Positions 11,101 to 23,788 of a DNA stretch of 64,000 bases are shown one piece after another. The stretch is from positions 126,923 to 190,922 of the forward strand of contig RBZT01000419.1 in NCBI GenBank assembly GCA_003693705.1, read 5' to 3'. How positions within the stretch are numbered: the stretch's first letter is position 1; each line of letters starts with the position of its first letter. The notes under the pieces were generated by a model. That model was given only the letters and a program-made list of their open reading frames with translations, did no database searches and was not told the origin of the DNA. The DNA comes from Polymyxa betae A26-41 (taxonomy: Eukaryota > Protista > Endomyxa: Phytomyxea). Both the position numbers and the translations under genes were made by a program.

Positions 11101-14100
11101 TTGAGAAAGGTTTACATAGAATGGGATCTTCACCTTCTGCCAGGTATCTCTTCTCCATTCCATCTTGCAATTCATGTTTTCTCTTTGTCTGCATTCTGTG
11201 CCATGTACTGTTTCCTGCAAGCAACGTTATTATAACATGATCAATACAGGAAGCCATCTGATGCTACCACATCGCAATATGTTGGTAGCCGTAAAAGTAG
11301 CCAATCATCACGTAGATCAGTGTTACTTCTGAATACATCAGGTATTAGTGTGGATCTGTCTCTGATCTTTATTTCTATCGTTATTCATAACTGAATTCAA
11401 ACAGGGGATGAACTAGCAGCTCACTTTGTTACTAACTGGGAGCGCTGCCTCATTCTGGTCGTACTCTACGACTTTATAGTTATACCAATACGTGCTGGTG
11501 TGTTACCTTTAACAAAGCAGAACTCGTGGCCTTATCTACTATGTGATGCGATTGCTGACACATTCCTACTAGCAGATATTGTACTCAGGTATCGGTATGC
11601 GGTTCAGTTCACAGGTAACATTACCAACAACAATGCACACTTGTACTGGCTGATGGGTAGTATCATAGATAAACCGCTGCTTGGTAAAGATCGATCAATA
11701 GATTTAATGACAGTGGCCCGATCACGTTATATACGTCGTTATCTGCCTATATATGGACTTTCATCATTCCCTCTAGATTGGACTTTAGTATCTGTTGTTA
11801 GCTCTGGCATTCATCTCAATCTCATACTACGTCTTGTTCGATTCTTTCGTCTAGGTATGCTTATGCTATATACAGAGATATTACCATTGTCATGTTCATG
11901 TTGTATGCAGGGACTGTACAGGAGATTTTATTCCGAAATCAACGCAATCTGAAATCTAATGCTAGGCTAATGTTTATATCAACCTTATTACAGTTTGGAT
12001 TAATATCACATGTACTTATCATATTACATATGTCAACATATGGATCAACATCTAATTCTTTCACTCTAAACTATACCAACTCTCTCATACTTATGATTAA
12101 CTCATTAACCGGTCTAGGACGTACTGGACTAGAACCTATCACTGAGTCACAAATGGTAACTAGACCCCTTACGTTACTACTGCTCGAACATATTCGCTGG
12201 TTGTAACATTTGCATTATAGGTGACAGCGATATTAACATATCTATGTGGTGTATGGATGATGGCTATGTGTATTGGATCATTAGCAGCATATATTACAGA
12301 ACGTAATTCACTGGAAGGTCGCTTCTCACGTAACATGATCGCCGCACAGCGTTTCCTCGACTTTTGCAATGCTCCGGAAGTAATATAAAGGCATTTATAT
12401 CTGTCAGACGTTACATCTCTAATACCTCTCAGGATATACAAGCACGTACCCGGGTATATTTTGAATCAATGTGGTCGACAATGCGAGGTGTTGTTCCACA
12501 AGAAGCCCTGTCTGCGTTACCGTCTTCGTTACGGACCAAGATCATGATCGAGCTATGTCGTAACGTGATCAAGAACATGCCCATATTCCAAGGTGTTTCA
12601 CATAGATTTGTATATGATTTGGTTCCGAATCTCGAATATGAAGTGAGCTCTCCATTCGTTGGTAACATCACTGGGTAACATTTCTATAACAGGTATTCCC
12701 AGCTGGTGAATACATATTTAGACGTGGTCAGATGCAGAATGGCAAAATGTACTTTGTTACACGAGGTGTATTATCTATCATTTTGGATGAGACTATATCT
12801 ACAAAACCCTTCAAGGTTCGCGCTTATATCTTTGTTGCCGTTTTCCATCGTATCAACCGAATATATAACTCAATCAGGTGATCGGAACCGGGTCGTTCTT
12901 TGGTGAGTGTGCGCTTCTAACGAACTCACAATTACGTCGGTCTTCAATTAAGACCGAGACATCTTGCCATTTGTTATCAATTATACGACCACGTTTAATG
13001 CAGATGTTTACGTAGGAATGTTAGGGTTTAGGGTTTTAAAGATTTAACTTTCATGATAGACTGTATCCAGTGTTCGGCGACCGAATGCGAGCTATGGCTG
13101 CTCAACGTGTCAAACGTCTGGATAAGACCCAGCAGAATATGCAGCAAATCTTACAAGAGGTGACAATAACAGCTGGAAATACTGGCCCAATCAGTTTTCC
13201 AATAATGCTGCTGTGGTCAGGTTATGGCAAAAATTGAGGAGTCAAAACTGATCGCCAACCGGACCTATAACTTTATTATGTATGAGGCATGCTTTGTTGG
13301 AAATGAACTCGTCAATTGGATCATCACCAAGGGTAAAACAGCATAAACCGCAACGATTTGTCACCCTTAAGCAATTGTTTCAGGTTATGCAGATAATCGT
13401 GAAGATGCCATGGCAATATGTGTGGCGCTTCTCGAAAAAGGTCTTCCCAATTATAACCTGAGACCGAATTTTTTTATGGTTTTTGTGTTGTTGAGTATTG
13501 GGCAACGGTATGGACATGTTGATTGAGATTATCTAGGGATGATAAGGTCAGTGGAACATGGCCATGAGGCCAACGACGAGGAGCCAGAACGTTTTATCGA
13601 CGGTCTACATTTCTATCGTCTGGGCGCCTATGTCGATAAGATCGCCGTTAATGATCTGATTCTGATCCATCTTAGCCAAATGGTACATGAAGACACAGAC
13701 CTGATCACTGACCTCAGACATCGTCTCGTTGCCGACCGCTCCTTTCAGGTATAGGCATCCCCCTTCAGATGATTCAGCCCTTGATCATCGCATTTATGTA
13801 TACTTAATACTTAACTCACTATTCTGGTTGCAATTAGATGGAAGCCAATTTGATAAGCGCCCGTGCTCTCATGCATTTCCTGTTGAATACAAGCAATGTA
13901 GCAGCGGATCCCATTGAAATGGCAAACGCTGAATCTCGAGCCGAACAACTGGCTCAACGCCTGATTGACGCCAGCGTCCTGCAGAACATCAATCATTTTG
14001 AACGTTTTGAAAACAATGGCGCCGATTTCTATCGTTTACGTGCGTTGAATCCATCTGATCCACAGAATTCCGGTGGGGGCGATTTCTGGTCCAGTCCATT

Positions 14101-14624
14101 CTATCAAGCTGATGGAACTTTTTGATACAGGACCGGCAGCGACAGCGGTTATGCTGAGTGGGAAGACGCCGGCTTTCAGCGGGACTTTGCTCATTCGATC
14201 CACATACACGTTCTTGACGTATTTCGGGATCATCTCTACCAGCTATCCATCTACTATCTATCTGTATGCCTCAAAGCGTTCCGACCGTCCGGTTAGGATT
14301 CTGCAGACCAATTCCAGGAATATTACAGTTTCCAGAATAGAATTTTCTAATGCCGAACCCAAGTGAGCCTCGTGGTAATCGAAAAGATTGAAATCTGACT
14401 TAGTGGGTAGATTAAGCTGTATACATCTATCTGTGGTGGAGGCGCCCGAGAAAAACATGATTGTATCGACTGATAAACGTTGTGAGCGCGACCTGGTGTT
14501 CTGTTTTGATCGACAGAATACGTACCAATCGCTGTTGGAGATTTTGAAGGCGCAGGGATACACACAGAAGATTCGAGCATTGTTGGCCACACCGTGGTCT
14601 ACTGCCAGGGTCTCCAAATCATGA
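8157..14624 (+). CDS. Two-repeat cyclic-nucleotide-binding-domain ion channel (2x [6TM + C-linker + CNBD]) with C-terminal DEP-DEP-PH; many exons
   Basis: Repeat I: S2 LFFLADIY, S3 ASMPLDL, S4 ARLPRLLR, pore YWAMTQMIGRGIAYP, C-linker LPTQLQQALQEYFSYVW, CNBD FGEMQVF. Repeat II: FLLADIVLR, SSFPLDW, LRLVRFFRL, pore NSLTGLGRTGLEP, LPSSLRTKIM, CNBD FGECALLTNSQLRRSS. These are followed by DEP (NRTYNFIMYEACFVGNELVNWI..NREDAMAICVALLEKG..FYRL), a second DEP (..LAQRLIDASVL..FYRL) and a PH-like domain. Confidence 0.85.
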
Positions 14625-14777
14625 TAGACGATATATATCGGGCAGATCCTAGACGCATACAATCCAGTAGCCAGCTTCAACCAATCTGGTCCAGAACATT
14701 CTACAGAACAACGGGATAATTCAGAGCCATTGCATAAATGTGCCTATTCATAGAATATGGATAATAATAGTAAACAG

Positions 14778-17700
14778 TTAGGAGTCGTGGGATAAATCCG
14801 AATCCGATGATGATCCCGATTCTGCTACCAGGGATCTCATGATCTTGTTACGGCCGCTTTCCAAAGATTCAAAAACCATAGTAGCATCGGCCAGAACATT
14901 CTCGAAAGGGTATGAAACGTATTTGCCCCACGCCGGATATTTACACCATTCTTTGTATGGAAATTTCGGAGAGGAAATTCCATGCAGAATGCGGGCGACC
15001 TGGAGATCATTAGATTTTGCAATGGCATCTATCAAAATGGCGGACCTGTCGCGCCGTCGATATTTTTTTTTGCCAATGTAAAAGAAGGACCTTGATATCG
15101 CCAATGAGATGTTCAGGACGATCCCGTTGTTGACAGAGAGAGTTGATACTCTCATAATCAGGCAATAGCGCCTCGGCTTCAGCGATTAACTGCTCGTCGC
15201 TGTCGCACACGAAGTACGCCGATATCATCTGCTGCAAACGCGGTTGGCATTCTGTTAAGGCGAAATGAGATTACAGTTCACAAGGCAAAGTTGAGCACCA
15301 ATTGAACTTAGAAGAGCATTCAGTCAAGGCATTTACCTGGATTTACATCCAAACATCTCTCGGTGGCGACCGATTTCAGAATTTGCGAAACAATATTCAC
15401 TTTCCGAAATGTACAGGATTCGTGCCGACTGCAAATAATGATGATAAATTGACAACAAAGACGACGGCATTTACCGACAGAACTCCAACAAATGGGTACA
15501 CAAAGCCTTGGTATCATCAGGACGCCTCAGGACCTCAATACAAAAACTCAAATCCTAATGAGCAGCGTTAAACGTCTTCACATAGTGACGTTTCAAGTCC
15601 AATGACCTTCCACAAAACGGAGATCTGTCCAAGGCTCTTGAGCGTCAATATTGTTCGCTGAACGTCAGCCACAGAAACGTTAACAGCGTTGGCCACTTTG
15701 ACTATGTTCACCTGATTAGACAAAACATTCAATGGATGAATATATTCGTCAATACGGAAACATATCCGTTCTCTCCACAAAAATGAATGTAAGAGAGAAG
15801 GAGAAAACGTAAATACAACGCATAATTGCTTTTAGGGTTAATTTAGACCCCTTTCTTGATTGTAAGAACCAAAAAACGCTGATAAGCGTCTGAAAATAAA
15901 GAGATAAGATAGTCGTGAAACGCCTACAGAGAATGCCCCAGAATATGATCGACTCTGATTGATGATCTCAGCCAGAACTGGGTCGGCACTGGCCAATTGC
16001 TGTTCGGGGGTTCGCAGGAACCGGATCGTACAAGTATTGTGCATCATAGGCAGGGCACGAATATATCCAGTGCTGAGACCTGATTCAGCACTCAAGCCTG
16101 ATCACAATCAAGACCGCCCCACCCAGTTTCGAACTCAAGAAATGTCAGAAAGGTTTCGACGACCTCCTCGCGAAGGTCGTATGCCTGCACCTGCTTGGTG
16201 CATGATAATGATACGAAATAGTGCTCTCCATATTCGTCATAATCATCGAATAGCGAACGTAGAAATGTTGAAACCTTAAATTAATGGCATCAACAGTTTG
16301 CGAAATCAGTAGATCGACTGACCTGGATATCGTCAGTTCCGTTCGAGAATGCCAACGACCGAAATCGATCTGCATCGTCTTCATCGTAAAATACGTGACA
16401 GAAGGCAGGCAGTCCATCACGGCCAGCACGACCGATTTCCTGTTTCAATATCAGCAAGATAAAAATCCTCCGAATTTTAATCCAACTTGAACGTAATGCT
16501 CCATCGACTGAGGGGTATTGAAGTGGATTACAGCCCTGACGTCGCTTTTATCCAAACCCATTCCTGTTGTGATTCAGTTACACCATGTTGCAGATTGAGA
16601 TTGCAATCGCTTACCGAAGGCAATCGTGGCGCAAATGATTCGGGTCTAACAAACCGATCTCAAAAATGAAGCAATGAAAAAGCAATTGATATCTGACCTC
16701 GTTCGACATAAACTGTTCTTGAATAGTTCGTCGGGTTTTAGCATCTTTACCGGCATGATAGCTGACAGCGTCGATACCTTGCGCACGCAAACGGAACATC
16801 ACCTACGACATGCTGATTGTTGGAATCTGAGCGCTAGCAAATCGAGAACTGGTCGCTGACTTCATCTGCTGTTCGCTGTTGATGAACGTAAATGATAATA
16901 GACGACAGGTCCCGAAATCGCTCCGAGTTTAAAAGATGAACTAATGCCGCGAATCTGCAGCACCTCGGTCAAAGAACGATAGTCAATCAGAACGCTGCAT
17001 TCATTGTGCAACCTGTCATTTTCTCTTGAAACCGTTAAAAGCAGGTTGTCACGGCGAACATCGGCCAGTATGACATCCCCAACGTCCAGCGACAGTTTAC
17101 AACAGCTGCGTTATCTTTGATTTTCCGCGATAGAAATCAACGGCTGAGCATACGTACACAGAATTTAGAGTCTGTTTGGTGGCGGTGGCTGTCAGGGCCA
17201 GTATGCATTCAACACCAAGCTGATTTCGAAGGATGGTCCCGACTCGAACGAAAGCAGGCCGGAAGTTGTGCGACCTACAGAATCTCTGTCGGCAAATGAT
17301 TGGCAGCAACCTGGGATAGAACTACCATTGTGATACCTGCACATCACATTAGAAATCGATTCAAAAAATGGTGATTCACAAAATCAGATAATCACAAAAT
17401 CAAATTGATGATTTTCGGAATTCCCCACATATATTTCAGGAAAATCCCTGTTTTTTATATGCAAACTTGGATTGGGATGAGGTCCCAGATTATAAATTGG
17501 CATAAAACAAAAATAACAGAGTCAAAAACGCCAAAAAAAACAGGGCATGTTTATCGTACACAATGAGCTTCATCGATGCAAGCAAATGAAACAGAGGATG
17601 GTGGCAGCGACCTGCAATAATCATGATTAACATCATGAAATAACGACGAGTTTCAGCCCACACACTGAATAACACGTTGGAATCCAGCTGTCTGCAAACG

Positions 17701-19662
17701 CTCCGGTGACAGAAACAAAACCTTGATTTGCCCCGATCGAATTTTTTTTATAAGTTCATGCACTTGTCCTACTGTCTCATTGCTAGACCATATCGCACCT
17801 GAATCATCGAATAAATTCGTTTAAAGCTACAAAAATAGCCAGAACTGCATCTTCAGAATATGATTTTTGCACGGTTGTCATCTTACCCGGAATACAAGCA
17901 GGTAAATGTTGAAGTTGGTCTTTCATTAGGGATAGGAGAGGTGTAATAACAAGACAAAGACCTGGTAATAAATAGGCTGGCATCTGATAGAGCAAGGACT
18001 TCCCCGCTCCGGTTGGTAGAACTGAAAATACAATCATGACGACGGCATTGAATACAAAAAAGACGACCAGCAAATGTTGATTCTCGTCGCATGAGACGTT
18101 CGATGACTTCAAATTGATTTGAACGAAACGATGCGAAACCGAATACATTCGACAGAACCGTCATAGCGAGGTCGCGATTGAATATGCCGCTGAAGTGAGT
18201 CACTGTGGAATACGATGTACTCGATGTTTTCGGTTCCTAAACGCTCACGATCAGAAGTCAAAATATAAACTAAGAAGAAATGTACTTCAAGGCGTCGGCG
18301 TTTGAAATCGGGATGGCATTCTTGGGCATCGTCATCGAATTGGCCAACGGCATTCGATCTAGAATGAGCTGTTAATTGGAAACCATTCGAAAAGTATTTG
18401 CATTCTGACTGATTGTTCTGTAGCTGAACAAGAAGCAAGTCATCTTCAAGCAGTTCGGTGTAGAGAGCGGCATTATGTTCCTAATATTAAGCAATTCACG
18501 TCAGGCTCAGGTGGGCGTGCTGGACCACATCACAGACCTCAATCCGCTTCTTCTTCATTTCAAGCGCGAACATCTGGACAACATGGATCAAAAGAGGATG
18601 ACTATCTCGTAAAACCCTTCCGAACCTTTGCTGATTTCCACCTGGATTTCCGTGATGATTTGCCTTTGGATTTCCAGTCGTGCTTTAGGTCGTATTTGAC
18701 AAAATTATTGGTCAATGTGAGTCGTTCCTGCGACAATGTTAACAAACTGGGATGTTACGTTCTCGTTTAGCCAATCAACTGACAGCTGCCACTCGACGTG
18801 ATGAACGAATTTTCTGATCGGGTTCGGGCAACGGGACGAGCACAGATTTAACTGGGTCGGAGCCGGAGCTTTCTGGCACGAAAACTTCGACAGCGGCGGC
18901 AGCCAGGTATTTCTGGGCCAGTTCGCCCAGATCAAGCGATTGCTGTGCAGTTCCAGCGAAGGGAAGTTGTTCCACTTCAAGAACAGTGTCTTCATCAGAT
19001 CCGGGCAGCTCAATATTCGAGGCCATCCTTGAAATCGTGGTTAATGGCGAAATTAAGCTCTACAGATTAATTTGAGATTGTCTGAAGGTTCGGGTTCAAT
19101 CCAAACCTCGGTCCGAGACAAAGTCGAAGCGCGACGAAAGCGTATCGTTGATGGAGGTTTCGGCTGTGAAGCGTCATCAGTTGACAATGACGGAGGTGAG
19201 TTCTCATTTGAGATGCGCGACGTTTCCATGCATGGCGTCTCCATATTGGATGTTGCTGAATCTGAATGCAACGTTCGTTCCGACAAGTTCTGGTTCGAAG
19301 CGGCAGGGTCGGCGGACGATGAGGTCGATGGAATTGGGATAGTCTGGTTCAGAAAACTGAACCCCTTACGAATACGATCGAGATGATGCTTGGAAACGGA
19401 TCCCTTCGAAATACTCTGTGAACGATTTAGAGTCGATAAAGGTTTATTTGAAGGCGCCGTCGCTTTCTTGAGATTTTCATATTTCCGGTACAGTTTCGCT
19501 GTAATGAATCAGCGCAAGATTGTGTGGCATTGAGTACTCCAAACCAATTGGATGCAAAGCGATATCGGCGGGGATCGGGCGGCGGCCATGCTCAGAAAAG
19601 AACGCCGATTCCCAGAGTTTCAACTCGTGTCTAAGGGCGGATTGCTTTTCATCGGCCTGCAT
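14778..19662 (-). CDS. RECQL4: RecQ4-type ATP-dependent DNA helicase with Sld2-like N-terminus
   Basis: N-terminal [20 protein letters not shown] (Sld2/RECQL4 N domain); [15 protein letters not shown]; IDEAHC-VSQW-SHNFRP; ALTATAT; YHAG; GRSGRD; C-terminal [18 protein letters not shown]. Confidence 0.92.
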
Positions 19663-20224
19663 GTATGGCTGGACTGTTCCGTTCAATGGCAGTGTTATTG
19701 ATTATGAAGAGTATTATAGATGAGTAATTAGTATAGTAATAAGACTGTATAAATGATGATGACGTATCCCGCAACTTCATCAACGTAGAGCAGCCCTCAT
19801 ACTATACTACTCCATCATGGGTCCATTTCAACCTCTTTACCTTGTTGTATAGCTGACCATCACCTGTCCTTATGATCTGGCATTGAACTTTTTTCGAACC
19901 ATTCAAGTTGCTGTGAGGCCAGATCAAATTATCGTGGTGTTCGGTCAAAATGTTGTTTCAAGATCTATTGGCTACACATCGATTCAATTAATATTGCTTG
20001 ACTGACATTCTTCCACGTTATTCCAATCATAAGCAGTATACATGTGACTAGTAAGGTTGATATACATGTTTATTTGAGATCTGCAATCCCTAATGGAAAA
20101 TATCGCATACAATAGATTAATTTAGTTCTTACTTCCTGAGTTCGCAGAACCCTACAGTAGAAGCTGAAAGATCTACCAAAAACTGGCAAAGGCGAGCGAA
20201 ATGACCAAAGTCTTTTATGGAATT

Positions 20225-21896
20225 TTAAGCTACAGCACTTGTCGAAACATCAAGGATTGGACACTGCAGCAAATCGGGATCGAATCGAATCGTGGCAGGC
20301 ATACCTACATGATCATATCAATGCTAGTTTCCATTAAGTAGTCACTAATTCTGACCAATTGACCGATAGCGCTTAACATGAGCCAGGATTGTTTTGATTT
20401 CTATAATAATCATCAGATTATCAAGGATGCTCGATAATAGTCATAGATACCTTTATCTGGAGAATCCAAAGCCGATACGTGCTTCTGACAAGTAATCAGA
20501 TCAGAGCTTGTCGCCAAAGTCGTGGCCAGATCTTCACGGATCAAACGGCAGAGATTTTCAAACGAATCTGGAGATCTCAGGGTAATTGACACCATGTAGG
20601 TAAAAGGCTCATTGCAGGCAGGTTTCTGCTCTATCATCGATCTTAAGCCTAAGCAAACGTTTTAGTCCTGTGTGATTACAAATTTTGCAGCCGTACATGA
20701 GAGGTTTTCGCCTCCTAATAACGCCACCGGAATTGCTGAAGCGCAGCATCCAGCACGATGGACTAAAGATTCCAATGCAGATCGACATTGTGGATTGGCG
20801 CAAGCGTTAGCCCTCCGGCATGGTTGCAATGTGGCGTAGTTATCGAATGTGGCGTCGGGAATGTTGCTGATGTTGTTCGATTTCATCAAATCATCAACAA
20901 CGCGATTGATACAAGCATTGCCATTGCCGTCATCATAACACGCCCTGATAATCAGACAGAATTAGATAGGTTAGGATATTGAGATGGTATATACCGTAAT
21001 AGCAAATCAGAATCAGATTTGACCCCTTGAAGGCGATCCAGTGACAACTTTTTGGCGACAGATCGCTGATAGCATGGCTCACAGATACGTTTTGGTAGCG
21101 GTTCGTGACTCTGGATGCAGTATTTGTCATTGATCTATTCAAAACGATAATGAGCATAGGTTGTATGCAAAATAATCAAGATGATGCCGACCTTGTTACA
21201 CTGAGTCTTAGCATAGATTTCTGGATGGTTGGAGCTGCCATTTCTCAATGACATTCGCCCAAAACTCTTTTAGAAAGAATTAGAAACATATTAGTGACAT
21301 GAGACATAATGATGAACCTTCTTGACGCAGGAAGTACAAGCAAGGTTTCGAAACTCAGCCTGATCAGAATTTATTAACATCATATCGTTGACGAGAGCTG
21401 CTTGAGCATCACAAGATTCAATAGTCTCAGGACATGCCATTTGGGTTGTGTACAAGATTTGATTTACGGTCTGAATGGCTCCCGCTCGAAGTCTGTCATC
21501 TGGCTTGCAAGCCAAGGCAACATTTCGGATTGGAGCTCGTAGCGTCTCACGACAACCAAGCCGATCTTGGCAAAAAAACTGATTCGAAGAAGTTTGTGTT
21601 GACATTGAGACATTTCCTGAATAATCATCAAACAATGAAATATCCTGTGCTGTAACGTATTTACCAAGGCATGAGCGTGCCATTGTCAGAAGAACATTGA
21701 CCTGATCAGCACAGGTGGAGTTTTCAGTTGGGAACACGAACTGGTCCAATGCTAGTTTCTGGCGCTGAATAGCAGGGATTTGTTCGGGTTTTAGTACAGC
21801 GATCACTTGTGGCGGTTGCTGTGCATTTTTGGGAACTGTGTTAGCCGATGTGATGGCCAGAATATAGACAATGAACTTGAGAGATTGGTTCAGCAT
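20225..21896 (-). CDS. Predicted secreted cysteine-rich protein of unknown function, multi-exon
   Basis: Signal-peptide-like N-terminus MLNQSLKFIVYILAITSA. Cys-rich helical segments (CADQ..SCLG..FCQDRLGC..LAC..MAC..SC..ACTSC; QPCRRANACANPQC..GCC). The last exon GMPATIRFDPDLLQCPILDVSTSAVA* has no TM or GPI tail. Confidence 0.7.
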
Positions 21897-22399
21897 CTTG
21901 TGATTTGTGATCGTGTTCCAACTGGCAACCCGTTTCTCGTCTGACGGAACATGATGTGAATCATGATGAAATGAAATCTGGATTGTTGAATCGCTAACCC
22001 AAGGTGACTCACGTCTCATTCCTTATCCTTGGTATAAATCAGCTGAGAGTCAGTTGAAGGAGTGCATCAAGATTCTGATCTCCATGCGATACAACTGTAT
22101 GGCGTCCCATAAACTATGATAAATATGTTGTAGAAAGTTCCCTTCCGGTACACCATACTGATGCATATTCAGGCTAATTGGGCAAGGCTGCCTTAAATAA
22201 GACAGCGAGACACCTTCGGCAAGTTTCGCAGTAAACCGTTAACATGATGTATGTCTCATTACTGCTCTGTAGAGGCTTGAAACACTGAAAAAATTTCAAG
22301 GTGAAGTTAATGGGTTTTTCAATAGAGCAGAAAACGGATCTCTTAGATCGAATTCTAGAGATAAATATATATTATGAATTTGTTACAGCTTTCATTGCT

Positions 22400-23251
22400 T
22401 TAAACTTTGCCAAAGACTGTAATCATGGCAAAGCAGGTGTACAGTAAAAATGTTGGATATGCGATTAGCCAACGCTGTTCTTGCATTTTAAAAACCAATT
22501 CAATAAACCGAACCGCAGACCATGTACACCAAGATATAGTAGCGAAAGCGATCCCAAGCCCGACTTGACCAGATAGATCAAAACCGACGGAAATCAATGC
22601 CAGCAATACAATAGGTAGCAAACAGTAACCCAGAATGCTCATAATGCGATGGAAATCGAGATCGTTTTCGCACATTAGATTCAAGACTGTGTAAATACCG
22701 ATGCATCCAACGATTCCGAATCCATAAATATAGCCAAAGTAAAGTTTTCCAGACTAGGATAAATATGAATGATCTGAGGATAAGCAGCAAATAGATTACC
22801 AGCAGAAGAAAGGCCCCAAGTAGGATGCAATAAACTAGTGGACCTGCAAGATCGCCTTCTTCCATTGACTTTGAATCGATTTTTATTGGTACCAAGACAT
22901 ATTTAGTTTTACTCCAAATGTCGTTGAAATCAATTCCTAATTCTGGCGACACGACAAATGAGTATAGCGCTCACCTGGAAAGTTATAAAACGAAAAATAT
23001 GTCGTCATCAATTGCCCAAAATCGTCATAAAAGAGAATTGACCACTGAACGTTGTGCATACCTTCTAGAAGCGGTGGTTCGGTAAATTCGTCAAACTCTG
23101 TGCCACCCGGGCTGAATGCCGCTCTAGCATTGGCCGCCATAGGCCTCATCTGGCCCGAAATAGAGCCATGCATTGAAGAATGATCGGCCTGATACCTAGC
23201 AGCACCTTGATAGAACTGCAAGGTGTCATTCTGCTCAGATTTTGGCAGCAT
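22400..23251 (-). CDS. YIP1: Yip1/YIPF5-family Golgi/ER membrane protein
   Basis: EPPLLEELGIDF, DLAGPLVYCILLG, SILGYCLLPIV and QRWLIAYPTFLLY motifs. Confidence 0.93.
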
Positions 23252-23788
23252 TGCTTTTAATGTCTGAAGAAATTTGCGAATACTGCACAAAGGACTTGAA
23301 ACCTACGCAATAATTAACAGTATAAACTCGACTGTCGACTCCATATCCCTATCTTACTGTACAAGGAATCATTCTATTACAATTTGCAAGCGATCAGACT
23401 AGTGTTAGTGCTGGAATTTTATCTTTTGAGAATCTCTTTTGCAAAGTGCAGTAGGTGCCAGAATCAATGCGTTTTATCAAAAGCAGATCGTTGCCATCAA
23501 TCTTGACTAAGAAATCAGAGCTAGCAGTTAGCACCAGCAGTAATATGAAAATTGGAGAAGTTTCAACCTCACAAGTGATGTCCTGGAATGAATTCGTTCC
23601 GACTTGTCTGCTGAATTATTCGGCCAGTGTTACTCTATCTAACGTTCAGGCATTTTTAAATGCTCGTACTTGCAATTGCTCTCCCAAATAGTCGTTAGAA
23701 ATCTATTACTCTATTCAAGTCTATTCAGTGTAAAGTTGGATCAATCTACGATCAAATCGCTCTACAGTCGTCACAGAATCTTGGATTC

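Noticed and set aside
9849-13037. Telomere-like TTTAGGG/TTTTAGGG motifs in introns (9849-9870, 13020-13037; also 6050-6063, 10599)
   Set aside because: At most two or three imperfect units, and some coincide with TTTAG acceptor or CTAA branch signals. Too short to call interstitial telomeres.
17337-17559. Intronic snoRNA in the long RECQL4 intron
   Set aside because: No C box (TGATGA) with a matching D box on the transcribed strand, and no evident H/ACA layout.
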